Shown here piece by piece: positions 21,712-31,802 of a stretch of 64,000 nt of DNA (positions within the stretch are counted from its first letter, which is position 1; every line of letters begins with the position of its first letter). The notes beneath the pieces were generated by a model. That model was not told the origin of the DNA, searched no databases, and saw nothing but the letters and a program-made list of their open reading frames with translations. Source of the stretch: Spirochaetia bacterium (GTDB lineage: Bacteria; Spirochaetota; Spirochaetia; SZUA-6; Bin103); NCBI GenBank assembly GCA_965203515.1, contig OZ241907.1, forward strand, positions 3,168,001 through 3,232,000, written 5' to 3'. The position numbers and the translations under genes are program-made.

Positions 21712-22683
21712 ATGGCTACCAAGACCGCTGTGGGGCCGCGCCGCCCGGACACGGCTGCCGCGCCGCCGCCGGAGTTTCCCGGCTGCAAGCCGGTCCATCT
21801 GCCGGCGGAGGAGCTCGACCGCAGCGACCAGCGGTTGGAGTACTGGGACGGGGCTACCGAAACCGCCTGGATCTGCGAACCGGCCAGCCCCTACCACGAA
21901 CGGCCGTCCGGCCGCCTGACCCGGCTCACCGAACGGATCGCGCAGGTGCGCGGCGCGCCGATCGAAAGCTACGGGTCGATGGACCTGCGGCAGCGCGGCG
22001 GGCCGCGCAGCATCATGCAGGCGGACGAATCGGTGTACCTGCATCCGGGCAGCGCCCGGCTGCCGGGACCGACGGCGATGGAGATCGGCGTGGACGACTA
22101 TCCGGACGTGGTGCTGGAGGTCGACCACACTACCGACGTGCGGCGCGGCAAGCTGGCGCTGTACGAGTTGTGGGGGTTCCCGGAGGTATGGGTGGAGGTG
22201 CCGGACGAAACCGCGCCGAGCCGTCCGCGGAGCCGGCGGCCGGGGCTGACGATCCACGTGCTGGAGGCCGGCGCGTACCGGGCGGCGCCGGAGAGCCGGG
22301 CGTTTCCGGGCTGGAAGGCGGAGGAGATCCACGCGGCGTTGAACGAACCGATGCTGTCGACGCGGACCAGTGCGGTGCTGGAGCGGGTGGGGACGGTGCT
22401 CGGCGAGCGGGAGGGCACCGGGCCGGACCACGATCCGTTGCTCCGGTCGCAACGGCGCCTGGTCTTTGAGCGCGGCGCCGCGCACGGAGGCCGGGCGGCG
22501 GAACGCGCGCTGCTGTGCCGGCTGGCGGCGCGCAAGTTCGACGACGACACGGCGCGGCAACTGGCAGCGCTGCTGGAACAGGCCGATGCGGACCGCTTGG
22601 CGCAGGCCGGAATCTGGCTCCTGGAGTGCGAGACCGGAGCCGAGCTCCTCGACCGGGTATCAGGGAACACCGCGCGCACGTGA
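21712..22683 (+). CDS. Uma2/DUF820-like PD-(D/E)xK nuclease with an Rpn/DUF4351-like C-terminal tail
   Basis: RLEYWDG, HE, QADES, PDVVLEVD, KLALY..WGFPEVW. Tail ERALLCRLAARKF...WLLECETGAELL. Confidence 0.8.
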   Translation: MATKTAVGPRRPDTAAAPPPEFPGCKPVHLPAEELDRSDQRLEYWDGATETAWICEPASPYHERPSGRLTRLTERIAQVRGAPIESYGSMDLRQRGGPRSIMQADESVYLHPGSARLPGPTAMEIGVDDYPDVVLEVDHTTDVRRGKLALYELWGFPEVWVEVPDETAPSRPRSRRPGLTIHVLEAGAYRAAPESRAFPGWKAEEIHAALNEPMLSTRTSAVLERVGTVLGEREGTGPDHDPLLRSQRRLVFERGAAHGGRAAERALLCRLAARKFDDDTARQLAALLEQADADRLAQAGIWLLECETGAELLDRVSGNTART

Positions 22684-24042
22684 CCCCGGAGCCGCGGCGA
22701 AACGGCATTCCATGGCGCGGCGCAGGGCCACCGCCTGATCGGTCTCGTCCACCGTTACGTCGTCCCAGCGCAGGATCGCTCCCGCGGCCAGCGGCCGGCG
22801 CAGGGTGACGCCGTGGGCCAGTCCCAGCGGCAGCGCGCCCAGCTCCAGCGAGCGCGCGGCCGGTAGCTGCTTGCCCCAGACGGTGTAGCCGCCCTCCCCG
22901 TCCAACTCCTCGCCGGCGGCCAGCTCCCGCTTGGCGACCGCCGCCACGTCGGCGCGGAAGCCGGTGGCGGCGCCGGTCGGCTCGCCGCGCAGGGCGATGG
23001 AAGCGATCGACACGCCGAGCTCCAGGCCGATCAGGTGCTCCGGTCGGTACAGCGCCAGATAGGAACCGGTCGGGTCGGCCTGGAAGCCGTACTCGCGGAT
23101 GCATTGCGCCACGTACTCCTGGCCCGCCTCCACCACCACGTAGGTGCCCATGCGCAGGTCGTGCGGCACGGGGCTGCGGTCGCGGCGCAGGCTGGATACC
23201 ACCTCGGTCACCCCGGTCGCGCCCGGCTCCATCTCCAGCACGCCGCCGGCGGCGCGCGGGCGCAGGTAGTGGGCCAGCTCATGCCGCGCCGCCGGCGGAA
23301 AGCTCAGGCCGTCCGGCTGCGGCACCAGTCCCGTTGCGTTGCACACCGCGGTCATCTCGATGGCCGACTTACTGCCGTCGATGAAGCTGTTGAACATCTT
23401 GGGGTCCATACGGCCGCGGGCAGCTGCGGCCGGGTCCATGCCGAAGTTTCCCCACACGGTGTCGGGGTTCGACTGATGGAACGACGGGTGGTAGCGGGTG
23501 CCCTTGCCGGCGGCCGTGACGCGGAAGCCGGCGGTGCGCGCCCAGTCGACCTGTTCGCAGATCAGGGCCGGCTGATCCCCGTAGGCCAAGCTGTATACCA
23601 CGCCCGCCGCGGCGGCCCGCTCCGCCAGCAGCGGTCCGGCCACGGCGTCTGCCTCCACCGTCACCATCACCACGTGGCGGCCGGCGTCGATCGCCGCCGC
23701 CGCGTGCCGCAACCCGGTACGCGGGTCGCCGGTCGCCTCCACCAGCACGTCGATGCCGCCGGCGCCGATCACCCGTTCCGCGTCATCCCCCAGGTGGGTG
23801 CTCCCGCGGTCCCGTGCCGCCGCCGGCGACGGCGCGGCAAGTTGCTCTGCCGGCCAACCGGCGGCGGCCAGCAACGCGCGCACCTTGGCCACGTCGCGGT
23901 CGGCGATCGCCACCACGTGCAGGCCCGGCGTGCGCCGCGCCTGCGCCAGGAACATCGACCCGAACTTGCCGGCGCCGATCACCCCCACCCGCACCGGGCG
24001 CCCCGCCGCGGCCCGCCGTTCCAGACCACGCGCCAGATTCAC
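22660..24042 (-). CDS. Homoserine-dehydrogenase-like NAD(P) oxidoreductase with a C-terminal SAF domain
   Basis: GVIGAGKFG, VEATG, YGDQP, DGSKSAIEM, AKRELAAGEELDGEGGY, LPLGLA. Confidence 0.85.
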   Translation of the reverse strand: MNLARGLERRAAAGRPVRVGVIGAGKFGSMFLAQARRTPGLHVVAIADRDVAKVRALLAAAGWPAEQLAAPSPAAARDRGSTHLGDDAERVIGAGGIDVLVEATGDPRTGLRHAAAAIDAGRHVVMVTVEADAVAGPLLAERAAAAGVVYSLAYGDQPALICEQVDWARTAGFRVTAAGKGTRYHPSFHQSNPDTVWGNFGMDPAAAARGRMDPKMFNSFIDGSKSAIEMTAVCNATGLVPQPDGLSFPPAARHELAHYLRPRAAGGVLEMEPGATGVTEVVSSLRRDRSPVPHDLRMGTYVVVEAGQEYVAQCIREYGFQADPTGSYLALYRPEHLIGLELGVSIASIALRGEPTGAATGFRADVAAVAKRELAAGEELDGEGGYTVWGKQLPAARSLELGALPLGLAHGVTLRRPLAAGAILRWDDVTVDETDQAVALRRAMECRFAAAPGSRARGVP

Positions 24043-24111
24043 CCGATGCCCTCCGTCACCACCGTTACCCAATGACACCACGAGACTGAGCGAAACGCAC
24101 GGGGCCGGTCT

Positions 24112-24718
24112 CTATGTCCGTTGCGGTGCGGCTGCGAGGATGTTTCCGATCAGCCGGTAGACGGTCGTGCGCCACGGCTCCCGCGGCCAATCTCTACACG
24201 GCGGAGAATCCCTCGCCTTCGCTCGCTCGACGGCTTTGACGATCTTGTCCCTGGTGAACTTGCGACGATCGACGCTCTTGTCATAATTGAGAAGATGCCG
24301 TCGCAGCCGGCGGGAACATTCTCGTGATGACGAGATGCCGGCGCCGGCTTCGAAGTGCAGCAGCAGCCAGTACTCGAACCTGGGATTGCTGAGGGCGAAT
24401 CCGCGGTTGTCCTCCTCCTGCGACCACTGGTGAAGCTCTGCCAACTGCGCGTCGGTCCACTGGTCCTTGTCCACGACCAGCCACGCCTCGTCGGTCTTCG
24501 CGATTTGCTGCCGTTCCAGGTGTCGCTCCAAGTCCCGCAATACCTGCGCCGGCGAGCTCCCGCGGGTGCGTTTCACAGCGCACGTGAATCACCGAGTTAT
24601 CTTCGAAGATGGCGAAGTAACTCGGTTCGGTCTTGATCCCTTCAGTGGCGATGACGAATATCTTGCGGTAGCGGCGCTGGCCGATCGGTCTCCGGAAGCG
24701 GGCTCTATCCCGCGCCAT
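24112..24718 (-). pseudogene. rloB: RloB-like protein, frameshifted near 24577
   Basis: N-terminal part IATEGIKTEPSYF and C-terminal part AWLVVDKD...SNPRFEYWLLLHF lie in different frames. Confidence 0.8.
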
Positions 24719-26012
24719 ATCGCACCGATTCCGTCGGCGTGATACGGGGGATACCGCCCAATCGGCCCTGCAGATAGCTCTTGCGCAGGTCTTTGTCGTA
24801 GCGGACATCCCGGTATTCGCTGAACGAAAGCAGGCCTGAATCACCGGCAGCGCCTCGTTCCGTTATCCACATTTCGTCGCGGCGCAGCCAGCGCTGATCC
24901 ATCAGCAGCACGTCATGGGTGTTGAACAGCAGTTGTGTTCTAGTTTCGGCAGTACATCCCCCCAGATAGCGTTCAAGAAGCTGTCGAGTGAGCAAGGTGT
25001 GCAGGCTGCGGTCCATCTCGTCGACGACGTAGACCCGCTCTGAAGCGCCGGAAGAAAGATCGAGAAACGCCGGCAGGAGATCGATGAGCCGCTGTGAGCC
25101 GTCCGACTCCCGAGTAAGGTCGAAAGAGATCTCCGCGTCATCGGTCCGGTGCACGGTCACGCATTTACTAGCTATGAGCTTGCCGTTCTTGCGAGTCACC
25201 CCGAAGTATTCCCCGGATGGGCCTGCCAAATGTACACTTTCCCCTTCGTCCAGTTCCTGGAGCTCGTTCTTGACCGGCTCCGGGATGTATTCTATCGGCA
25301 CTCGCACGTTGTCCATCCTGGAAATTCCGGTGTCGTAATTCGACAACATCTCGCTCATCTTCATGGCGACGGCGCTACTGGCATGAAACGATAGCAGTCC
25401 AAATCGTATGTCAGGGGGGAATATCTGCAAAGTTTCATTGAACCAATCGTGGATCGGCCTGAAGTCCCGTACGTTCTGCGATATGGAGTTGGTCAGAAAG
25501 AGCTGATTGTCGCGGGTACCGCGAAAGACGAATCTGAGAAACTGAAGCTGTTCCGCCTCCAGGGAACCGTCGAATTCGATTTTCCGGTCCTGGCGGTCGT
25601 AGAGTGTCCGCTCGCTGGTGCTGCTGACTCTGACCAGGCGTTCCTCGATCACCTTCTCCCTGATCACCGAGAAGCTGAAGGCATAGACGACCTCGTCTAT
25701 CAGGAGATCGAACTCGAAATGAGTCGGCTGCTGCGCGCGGTCCTTGTCCAGCAGAAAGGGGATGACCGGGATGCGGGCGTCCGGCCGGGAGCCCTCGACG
25801 ATCTGGGTCCTGGCGAAGGACAGGGCCTTGAAGAGATTGGTCTTGCCCGACGCGTTGCCGCCGTAGAGGGCCATGACGGGCAGCACCCTCAGCGGGTACC
25901 GGCCAATGCGCGCCACCCGATCGCCGTGCTGCCGTTCGAGACTTGCGACCATCGACAGGGTGACCCGATCCCGGAAGGACATCCAGTTCGCGACCGAGAA
26001 CCTGACGATCAT
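24705..26012 (-). CDS. AAA_21-type ATPase (RloA-like)
   Basis: MIVRFSVANWMSF after a GGAGGT RBS, YGGNASGKT, ESDGSQR, VDEMDRSLH, QLLFNTHD, YLQGRLGGIP. Confidence 0.88.
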   Translation of the reverse strand: MIVRFSVANWMSFRDRVTLSMVASLERQHGDRVARIGRYPLRVLPVMALYGGNASGKTNLFKALSFARTQIVEGSRPDARIPVIPFLLDKDRAQQPTHFEFDLLIDEVVYAFSFSVIREKVIEERLVRVSSTSERTLYDRQDRKIEFDGSLEAEQLQFLRFVFRGTRDNQLFLTNSISQNVRDFRPIHDWFNETLQIFPPDIRFGLLSFHASSAVAMKMSEMLSNYDTGISRMDNVRVPIEYIPEPVKNELQELDEGESVHLAGPSGEYFGVTRKNGKLIASKCVTVHRTDDAEISFDLTRESDGSQRLIDLLPAFLDLSSGASERVYVVDEMDRSLHTLLTRQLLERYLGGCTAETRTQLLFNTHDVLLMDQRWLRRDEMWITERGAAGDSGLLSFSEYRDVRYDKDLRKSYLQGRLGGIPRITPTESVRYGAG

Positions 26013-26128
26013 CCGGGATACCTCCAAACGTAAGCGCGATCCGATCACGCCTCGCGGTATCATTGCCCAAAGCGGGGTCCGATCGTCAAACGTCGCGCGC
26101 GAAAAAATCTCGTAGCGCGACGGCGCGG

Positions 26129-27649
26129 TCAGGAGAGTTCGACGCGCAGCCCGAAGACCTGATCCATGAGATCGGCCTTGCGCGCCAGCGCCATGCGCTC
26201 CAGCGACAGGTCGCCGTGGTACCCGCATTTCAGGCGCAGCAGGTCCGTGCTGCGCTCGGCGTCGAAGCGGTCGATCCGGCCCAGGTGGCTCACGTCCAGC
26301 GCGTCGGCGACCCGCAGGATCGCCGCTAGCTTGTTGACCACCAGCCGCTGCCGGCGCGACAGGCCGGCGTACATGGGATGCGACATCTGCGGCAGCGCCC
26401 TGCGGTGGTAGCGCACGACGTTGGCGACCACCGCCGTGTCTCCCTCGTCGATGCCGAACACCTCGGTGTTGGCGACGATGTAGGCGCCGTGGCGGTGATG
26501 GCCCGATGCCTTGATCAGCTTGCCGACCTCATGCAGCAACGCGGCCACGTGCAGCAGCAGCCGCTCGCGGGCGCCCAGGCCGTGATCGTCGGTCAACAGA
26601 TCGAACAGGCGGAGCGCCAGCTTGGTGACGTGGCGGACGTGCGGGTCCTCGGCGTGGTACTTGCGCGCCACGCTCAACGCCGACGCGATCGTCTGCAGCT
26701 CGAACTCGCGGCGCGACCGTTCGTCATCGAACGCCGCGCTCAGCAGCACCCCCTCGCGGATGCTCAGCTCGGGGACGATCACCTGCTGGGCGGCCGTCGA
26801 TTCCAGAAACAGATCGTAGACGATCAGATCGGGCAGGATGCCTTCGGCATCCTCATAGGGGATCTCCAGTCGCTGCACCAGCTCCTCGACCCGCAGCGGC
26901 TGCAGGCGGCGGATCAACGCCTGCAGCGCCGGGCGCTCGATCAGCGAGCAGTGCTCGGCGATCCGCCGCCCGCTGCGCGAGGCCGCCAGGCGGATCACGC
27001 CGCCGGCCGCCACGAAGCGGCGAATGTGCTGCAGCGGCTGCTCGTGGCTCAGCGCTTCCCGCGTGGGGGCCACGGTCTCCGACAGCACGCGGCGCAGCCG
27101 CTCCGGATCGCTCTGCACCGGCCGCAGCATCCCCTCCATGCGGGCGCTGCCGAGCTTCAGGGAGTGGACGAACGCCATCCGGCCGCGGCGCAGCAGCATG
27201 AACTCGGTGCTGCCGGTGCCGATCTGCATGATCAGGGAGTTCGACCTCGCGAATCCCGGGATCGCCGCCTTGATCGCGTGCACTGCCGACAGGTAGGTGA
27301 GCCGATTCTCCTCCACGCCGTCGATCACGCGCACGTCCAACCCGGTGCGCAGCGCCACCCGGTCGACGAAGGTGTCGCGGTTCTCCGCCTCGCGCAGGGC
27401 GCTGGTGGCGATCACGGCGGTCTCCTCCGAGCCGATCCCCCAGCCGCGCAGCAGTTCCTGAAAGGACGCCAACGCCTCCAGCGACGCGCCGATCGTCGTG
27501 CGGCTGGCCGTGCCGGAGCCGAATACGTCATGGCCGAGCGGCACCGGCCGATCGGCGCGGTCCAGGATGCGGATGGCGCCGGTGGCGGCGACCTCGGCGA
27601 CTACCATGCGAATGGCGCTGGAACCTATGTCGATCACCGCCCGCACCAT
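26129..27649 (-). CDS. ppx: Ppx/GppA exopolyphosphatase with an HD-like C-terminal domain (alternative start 27766)
   Basis: IDIGSS, ATSALREAENR, EENRLTY, IGTGSTE, SIREG, LLHEVG, ILRVADALD. Confidence 0.9.
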   Translation of the reverse strand: MVRAVIDIGSSAIRMVVAEVAATGAIRILDRADRPVPLGHDVFGSGTASRTTIGASLEALASFQELLRGWGIGSEETAVIATSALREAENRDTFVDRVALRTGLDVRVIDGVEENRLTYLSAVHAIKAAIPGFARSNSLIMQIGTGSTEFMLLRRGRMAFVHSLKLGSARMEGMLRPVQSDPERLRRVLSETVAPTREALSHEQPLQHIRRFVAAGGVIRLAASRSGRRIAEHCSLIERPALQALIRRLQPLRVEELVQRLEIPYEDAEGILPDLIVYDLFLESTAAQQVIVPELSIREGVLLSAAFDDERSRREFELQTIASALSVARKYHAEDPHVRHVTKLALRLFDLLTDDHGLGARERLLLHVAALLHEVGKLIKASGHHRHGAYIVANTEVFGIDEGDTAVVANVVRYHRRALPQMSHPMYAGLSRRQRLVVNKLAAILRVADALDVSHLGRIDRFDAERSTDLLRLKCGYHGDLSLERMALARKADLMDQVFGLRVELS

Positions 27650-27762
27650 CCCCTTGCGCCCATCGGGCGCGGCGGATGCGGCGGCCGGCGAGCGAACTCC
27701 ACTATGGGCGGTCGACCCGGAGAAATCGGCATGGCTCACCGTCCCGGGCTGACATCCGCGGC

Positions 27763-29508
27763 TCATGCCGACGCCTGGGACGCGAACAGGCGCCGGTAGG
27801 CGGCGCTGTCGGCGATGAGCCGGTCGTGCGTACCGCGCGCCGTCACCCGTCCGTCCTCGATCACGAAGATGGCGGCCGCCGCCTGCACGGAAGCCAGACG
27901 ATGGGCGACCGTGATCACGGTCTTGCCGCCGCTCAGGCCCCGGAGACGGTTCTGGATTGCCTGATCGGCGCGGGGGTCGACCTGCGAGGTCGCCTCGTCG
28001 AGCAGCAGGCCCGCGCGGTCCAGAAGCAGCGCGCGAGCCACCAGCAGCCGCTGCCGCTGGCCACCGGACAGCTTCATGCCGCGCTCGCCGATCAGCGTGT
28101 CGAGCCCGTTCGGGAGCGATCGGATCTCCCGTTCGAACGATGCCGCGGCCAGCGCCTCCCACAAGTCGCCGTCGGCGGCGCCGGGCGCAGCCAGCAACAG
28201 ATTGTCGCGAATGGAGATGTTGAGCACCGCGCTATCGTCGCCGACGCGCGCGAAGGTATCGCGCAGCGCGCGCGGCGGCATGGCCGTGGTCGGTACGCCG
28301 TCGAGCCGGACGCTCCCGGCGGCGGGCCGCAGGTCGCCGGCGATGAGCCGGGTCAACGTCGTCTTGCCGCTGCCGCTCGGTCCGGTCATGCAGACGAACG
28401 CGCCGGCCGGAATCCGAAGCGTCGCCCGATCGACGACCGGCCCACGGTGTTCACCGAGGTACGTAGCGTCCGACACCGCTACGCTCACCGGCCGCGCCGG
28501 ACCCGCGCGCCCCCATTCGTGCGCGCGTATCCGGTCGAGCGGATGCCCCGCGTGGAGAGCGAGCGCCCGTTCGACCGCGGCGGCCGCCTCGTGAAAGGCT
28601 ATGTTGTTCTCCCGCAACGCCTGGACGTCCTCGACGAAGGCGGCGTAGTACCGCACGAACGCAATCAGTACCCCGGCGGTGATCGCGCCGGCGAAGATCA
28701 GCACCGCGCCGACGAAGTAGAGCACGGCGCGGGTCGCCAACTCGTCGACCGCCGTGCCCATCGCCCGGTTGCTCCAACGCATCAGGTTGAGCCGGCCGGC
28801 CGCCTGCTGGGCGGGTATGCGCACCCGCGACACCGCATCGGTCTCCCGCCGTTCCAGCTGCAGCGTCTTGATCTCCATCCAGCCGCGTAGCGAGCGGGTC
28901 AGCCAGTTGTCCCACACGCCGTCCGCGCGGCGCATGGCGACCCCTGTTGCGCGCGCCCCTTTGGCAAGGCGCCCGGAGATCAGGCTGATGGCCGCCGCGA
29001 ACGCGAACCCGATCAACGCCAGCTGCCAGCTCATGACGGTCAGGATCGCGGCCAGCGCCAGCAGCCGGATGCCGGCCAGCAGCGTCCCCAGGATGTGTTC
29101 CTGCAGCATCCCTTCGATGTGGGTTACGTCCTCTTCCACCGCGCGCTTGAGGTCGCCGGCGCCCACGGCGGCGCCGGTCATGAGCGCGGCCTCCAGGTTC
29201 CGGTGCCGAATGCGTAGCGCGATCCGGCCGGCGGCCCGGTTGCGCGCCGCAAGCTCCGCGCACTGCAAGGCGGTCTCCACGGCGAACACGGCCAGGAAGC
29301 CGAGCAGCAGCCACGTCACCAGGCCGAATCGGTGTCCGACGATCACGTCGTCGACGAACGAGCGGAGCAGGAGCGGCGGCGCCAGGGCGACCGCCAACCG
29401 GCCCGCTCGGGCGGCCAGCGACGCGGCCAGCGCCCAGCGAGCCGAGGTGAGGACCGGCGCCAAGCGCCGCAGGAGGCGCAAGCGGAGCGCGAAGTAACGC
29501 GGCGTCAC
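27763..29508 (-). CDS. ABC exporter, fused permease/ATPase
   Basis: TMD plus GPSGSGKT, LSGGQRQR, LLDEATS, VAHR. Confidence 0.9.
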   Translation of the reverse strand: MTPRYFALRLRLLRRLAPVLTSARWALAASLAARAGRLAVALAPPLLLRSFVDDVIVGHRFGLVTWLLLGFLAVFAVETALQCAELAARNRAAGRIALRIRHRNLEAALMTGAAVGAGDLKRAVEEDVTHIEGMLQEHILGTLLAGIRLLALAAILTVMSWQLALIGFAFAAAISLISGRLAKGARATGVAMRRADGVWDNWLTRSLRGWMEIKTLQLERRETDAVSRVRIPAQQAAGRLNLMRWSNRAMGTAVDELATRAVLYFVGAVLIFAGAITAGVLIAFVRYYAAFVEDVQALRENNIAFHEAAAAVERALALHAGHPLDRIRAHEWGRAGPARPVSVAVSDATYLGEHRGPVVDRATLRIPAGAFVCMTGPSGSGKTTLTRLIAGDLRPAAGSVRLDGVPTTAMPPRALRDTFARVGDDSAVLNISIRDNLLLAAPGAADGDLWEALAAASFEREIRSLPNGLDTLIGERGMKLSGGQRQRLLVARALLLDRAGLLLDEATSQVDPRADQAIQNRLRGLSGGKTVITVAHRLASVQAAAAIFVIEDGRVTARGTHDRLIADSAAYRRLFASQASA

Positions 29509-31313
29509 GGCGCGGTCCGGGCGCTTGGCGCGCCGTCGCCGGATGCGCCGCCGCCGGCCATCAGCGAGCGATACCCCGCGTGGCCGCGCAGCAGCTCCCG
29601 GTGGGTCCCGACCGCCACGATCTCGCCGGCGTCCAGGAACGCCACCCGTTCGGCGCGGCGCACCGTCGACGGGCGGTGTGAGACGATCAGAACCGTGCGC
29701 CCGCGCAGGTCATCGAAGACCGCGTCGTAGACGGCCGACTCGCGCGCGTCGTCGATGCCGGACGTAGCCTCGTCCAGAATCAGCACGTCCGGCCGGCGCA
29801 GGATGGTGCGCGCGATGGCGAGCCGTTGCCGTTCACCGCGCGAGATCGCCGCGTCCGCCATCTGGGTGTCGAGCCCGTTCCGCAGGGAGCCGAGCCAGTC
29901 GCCCAGGCCGACCCGCTCGCAGGTCGACGTCACTGGGGTGTCGCCGCCGCCGTACCAGGGCGGAATCAGGTTGGCGCGCACGGTGTCGGCGAACAGCAGC
30001 GGGTTCTGATACGCCACCCCCACGACGCGCCGCAGCTCGGCGAGCGGGAATGCGCGCACGTCCCGGCCGCCGACGAAGAGCCGCCCGCCGGTCGGCCGAT
30101 ACAGGCGGAGCAGCAGCTGAATCAGCGAGGTCTTGCCGGCCCCGCTGCGCCCCACCAGCGCCAGGCGCTCCCCGCGCGCCGCGCGCAACGAGACCCCACG
30201 CAGCACCTCCGGGCCGTCGGGCCGATAGCGGAACCGCACGTCGTGGAGGGCGATGCCGTCCGGGTCGCGGTCCGGGCCGGCGTCCGGGGCGGAGCGGCGC
30301 GCGGCAGCGGGCGCGATGGTCGGTCCGGCCGCCTCGGCGGGGCGTTGCCAGGCGGTGTGGACGCGGATGATGCCGGCTACGTCGTGTTGCAGCTGCACGT
30401 GGCCCCATCCCATCCGGGCGATGGCCAGGCGACCGATCACGAAGTATTCGACCAGCGCCAGGAAGGTGCCCAGCGTCATCGACTCGGCAGCCGCCAGCGC
30501 CGCGGTGAGCCCGTACAGGACCAGCGTCGCCGCCAAGGCGACCATCTCCACCGTCCGCTCTGCGAGCAGGTCGACCCGGAGCGCGCGAAACAGCGCGCGG
30601 AGCGCGACGTTGTGCTTCCGCAGCACCCACCGGACCGCGGTCGCGCGGGAGCCGAGCCGCCGCACCTCGGCGCGCGCGTTGACGAACTCCAGCAACAACG
30701 CCACGTAGTCGCCGTACACCGAGCGATGACGGAGTCGGCGCTCACGCGACCGCGCCCCGCCGGCCGCACCGGCGATCAACGTAGCGACGCCGGATGCGGC
30801 GAGCACCGCCGCGGCCAGGAGGTCGATAGTCGCCACCACCGCCACGGCGATGGCGAACTGCAGCGCGGAGTTGACCACCGTCCGTAGCGTATAGAGCGCC
30901 AGGTTGGAAAAGCCCGTGACGTTCGAATTGATGGTCGTGATCAGGTCGCCGGTCTTGATGTCGTCGAGCACCGATGCCTCGGTGCGGATGATCCGTTCGA
31001 AGGCGCGCTGCTTGAGTTCGTGGTGAAAGTCGACCTTGAGCGTCCCCCAGGCGGCGGAGCTGCATGCCGACAGGAGTTGAATGGCGGCGAACAGGATCAG
31101 AAAGGCGATGCCCAGATACGGGACCAGAGCGATCTGCCGGTAATGGATCACCTCATCGACCACCAGCGCGAACAGGTACGGCAGCCCCATCTCCAGGACG
31201 GCGACGGCCGATGAGGAGATCGCCATGTTGACGAACGTCGCTCGATAGCCCCGCGTCATCTGCCACGAAAAGGCGGCGAGATCGCGCACACTCATCGAGG
31301 GTCGGGCGCTCAT
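29505..31313 (-). CDS. ABC exporter, fused permease/ATPase with a degenerate signature motif
   Basis: TMD plus GRSGAGKT, ISRGERQR, ILDEATS, VSHR. ATGA overlap with the upstream gene. Confidence 0.9.
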   Translation of the reverse strand: MSARPSMSVRDLAAFSWQMTRGYRATFVNMAISSSAVAVLEMGLPYLFALVVDEVIHYRQIALVPYLGIAFLILFAAIQLLSACSSAAWGTLKVDFHHELKQRAFERIIRTEASVLDDIKTGDLITTINSNVTGFSNLALYTLRTVVNSALQFAIAVAVVATIDLLAAAVLAASGVATLIAGAAGGARSRERRLRHRSVYGDYVALLLEFVNARAEVRRLGSRATAVRWVLRKHNVALRALFRALRVDLLAERTVEMVALAATLVLYGLTAALAAAESMTLGTFLALVEYFVIGRLAIARMGWGHVQLQHDVAGIIRVHTAWQRPAEAAGPTIAPAAARRSAPDAGPDRDPDGIALHDVRFRYRPDGPEVLRGVSLRAARGERLALVGRSGAGKTSLIQLLLRLYRPTGGRLFVGGRDVRAFPLAELRRVVGVAYQNPLLFADTVRANLIPPWYGGGDTPVTSTCERVGLGDWLGSLRNGLDTQMADAAISRGERQRLAIARTILRRPDVLILDEATSGIDDARESAVYDAVFDDLRGRTVLIVSHRPSTVRRAERVAFLDAGEIVAVGTHRELLRGHAGYRSLMAGGGASGDGAPSARTAP

Positions 31314-31795
31314 CGTTCCACGATACGGCCCAGCACGCGCGCGCTGAGCCGTTGCGCAATCGTCTCCATCCCGGTCGGAAAGTCGACGGTGGCGTCCCCG
31401 GCCGCGCCCCGGTCCGCGGCGGCGATCCGAGCGACGAACGCCGCCGATTCGCCGCCGTTGCGTTGCCATTCGATGAGCTGCGCCGTACGCGGCGGCCCCT
31501 GGCCATCGACCGGCCGCCAGAGCACTTCGCCGCCCGGCCCGACCGATTCGACCGCCGCCAGCGGCGCCGTGCCGCGCAGCTCGTCCCCCCGGACGGCCGC
31601 GCCGGCCGTGGTGAACCGGGTCAACTCGACCTCGACCGCCAGCAACCACAGACCGGCGGCCGTCGCCGCGATGATCGCCAGCGAGATCAACGGCGTCCGC
31701 GTCACCAAGCGCCCGTACCAGCGTTTCCGTACCGCAAACACCCACCCCGACATCCCGTTCGAGGCCGGAGTCGCGGTTCCCGGGCGTGAGATCAC
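31310..31795 (-). CDS. Small single-TM protein, possible exporter accessory factor
   Basis: Basic N-terminus, one TM helix, beta-rich C-terminus; coupled to the ABC genes. Start uncertain. Confidence 0.6.
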   Translation of the reverse strand: MISRPGTATPASNGMSGWVFAVRKRWYGRLVTRTPLISLAIIAATAAGLWLLAVEVELTRFTTAGAAVRGDELRGTAPLAAVESVGPGGEVLWRPVDGQGPPRTAQLIEWQRNGGESAAFVARIAAADRGAAGDATVDFPTGMETIAQRLSARVLGRIVER

Positions 31796-31802
31796 GTCGT
31801 CA

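Noticed and set aside
27200..27240. Catalytically dead Ppx (QIGTGSTE versus DIGGGSTE)
   Set aside because: The other motifs are intact; one substitution cannot support an inactivity claim without an alignment or assay.
27763..31795. Complete RiPP/bacteriocin cluster
   Set aside because: No precursor peptide, C39 peptidase domain or modification enzyme was found.
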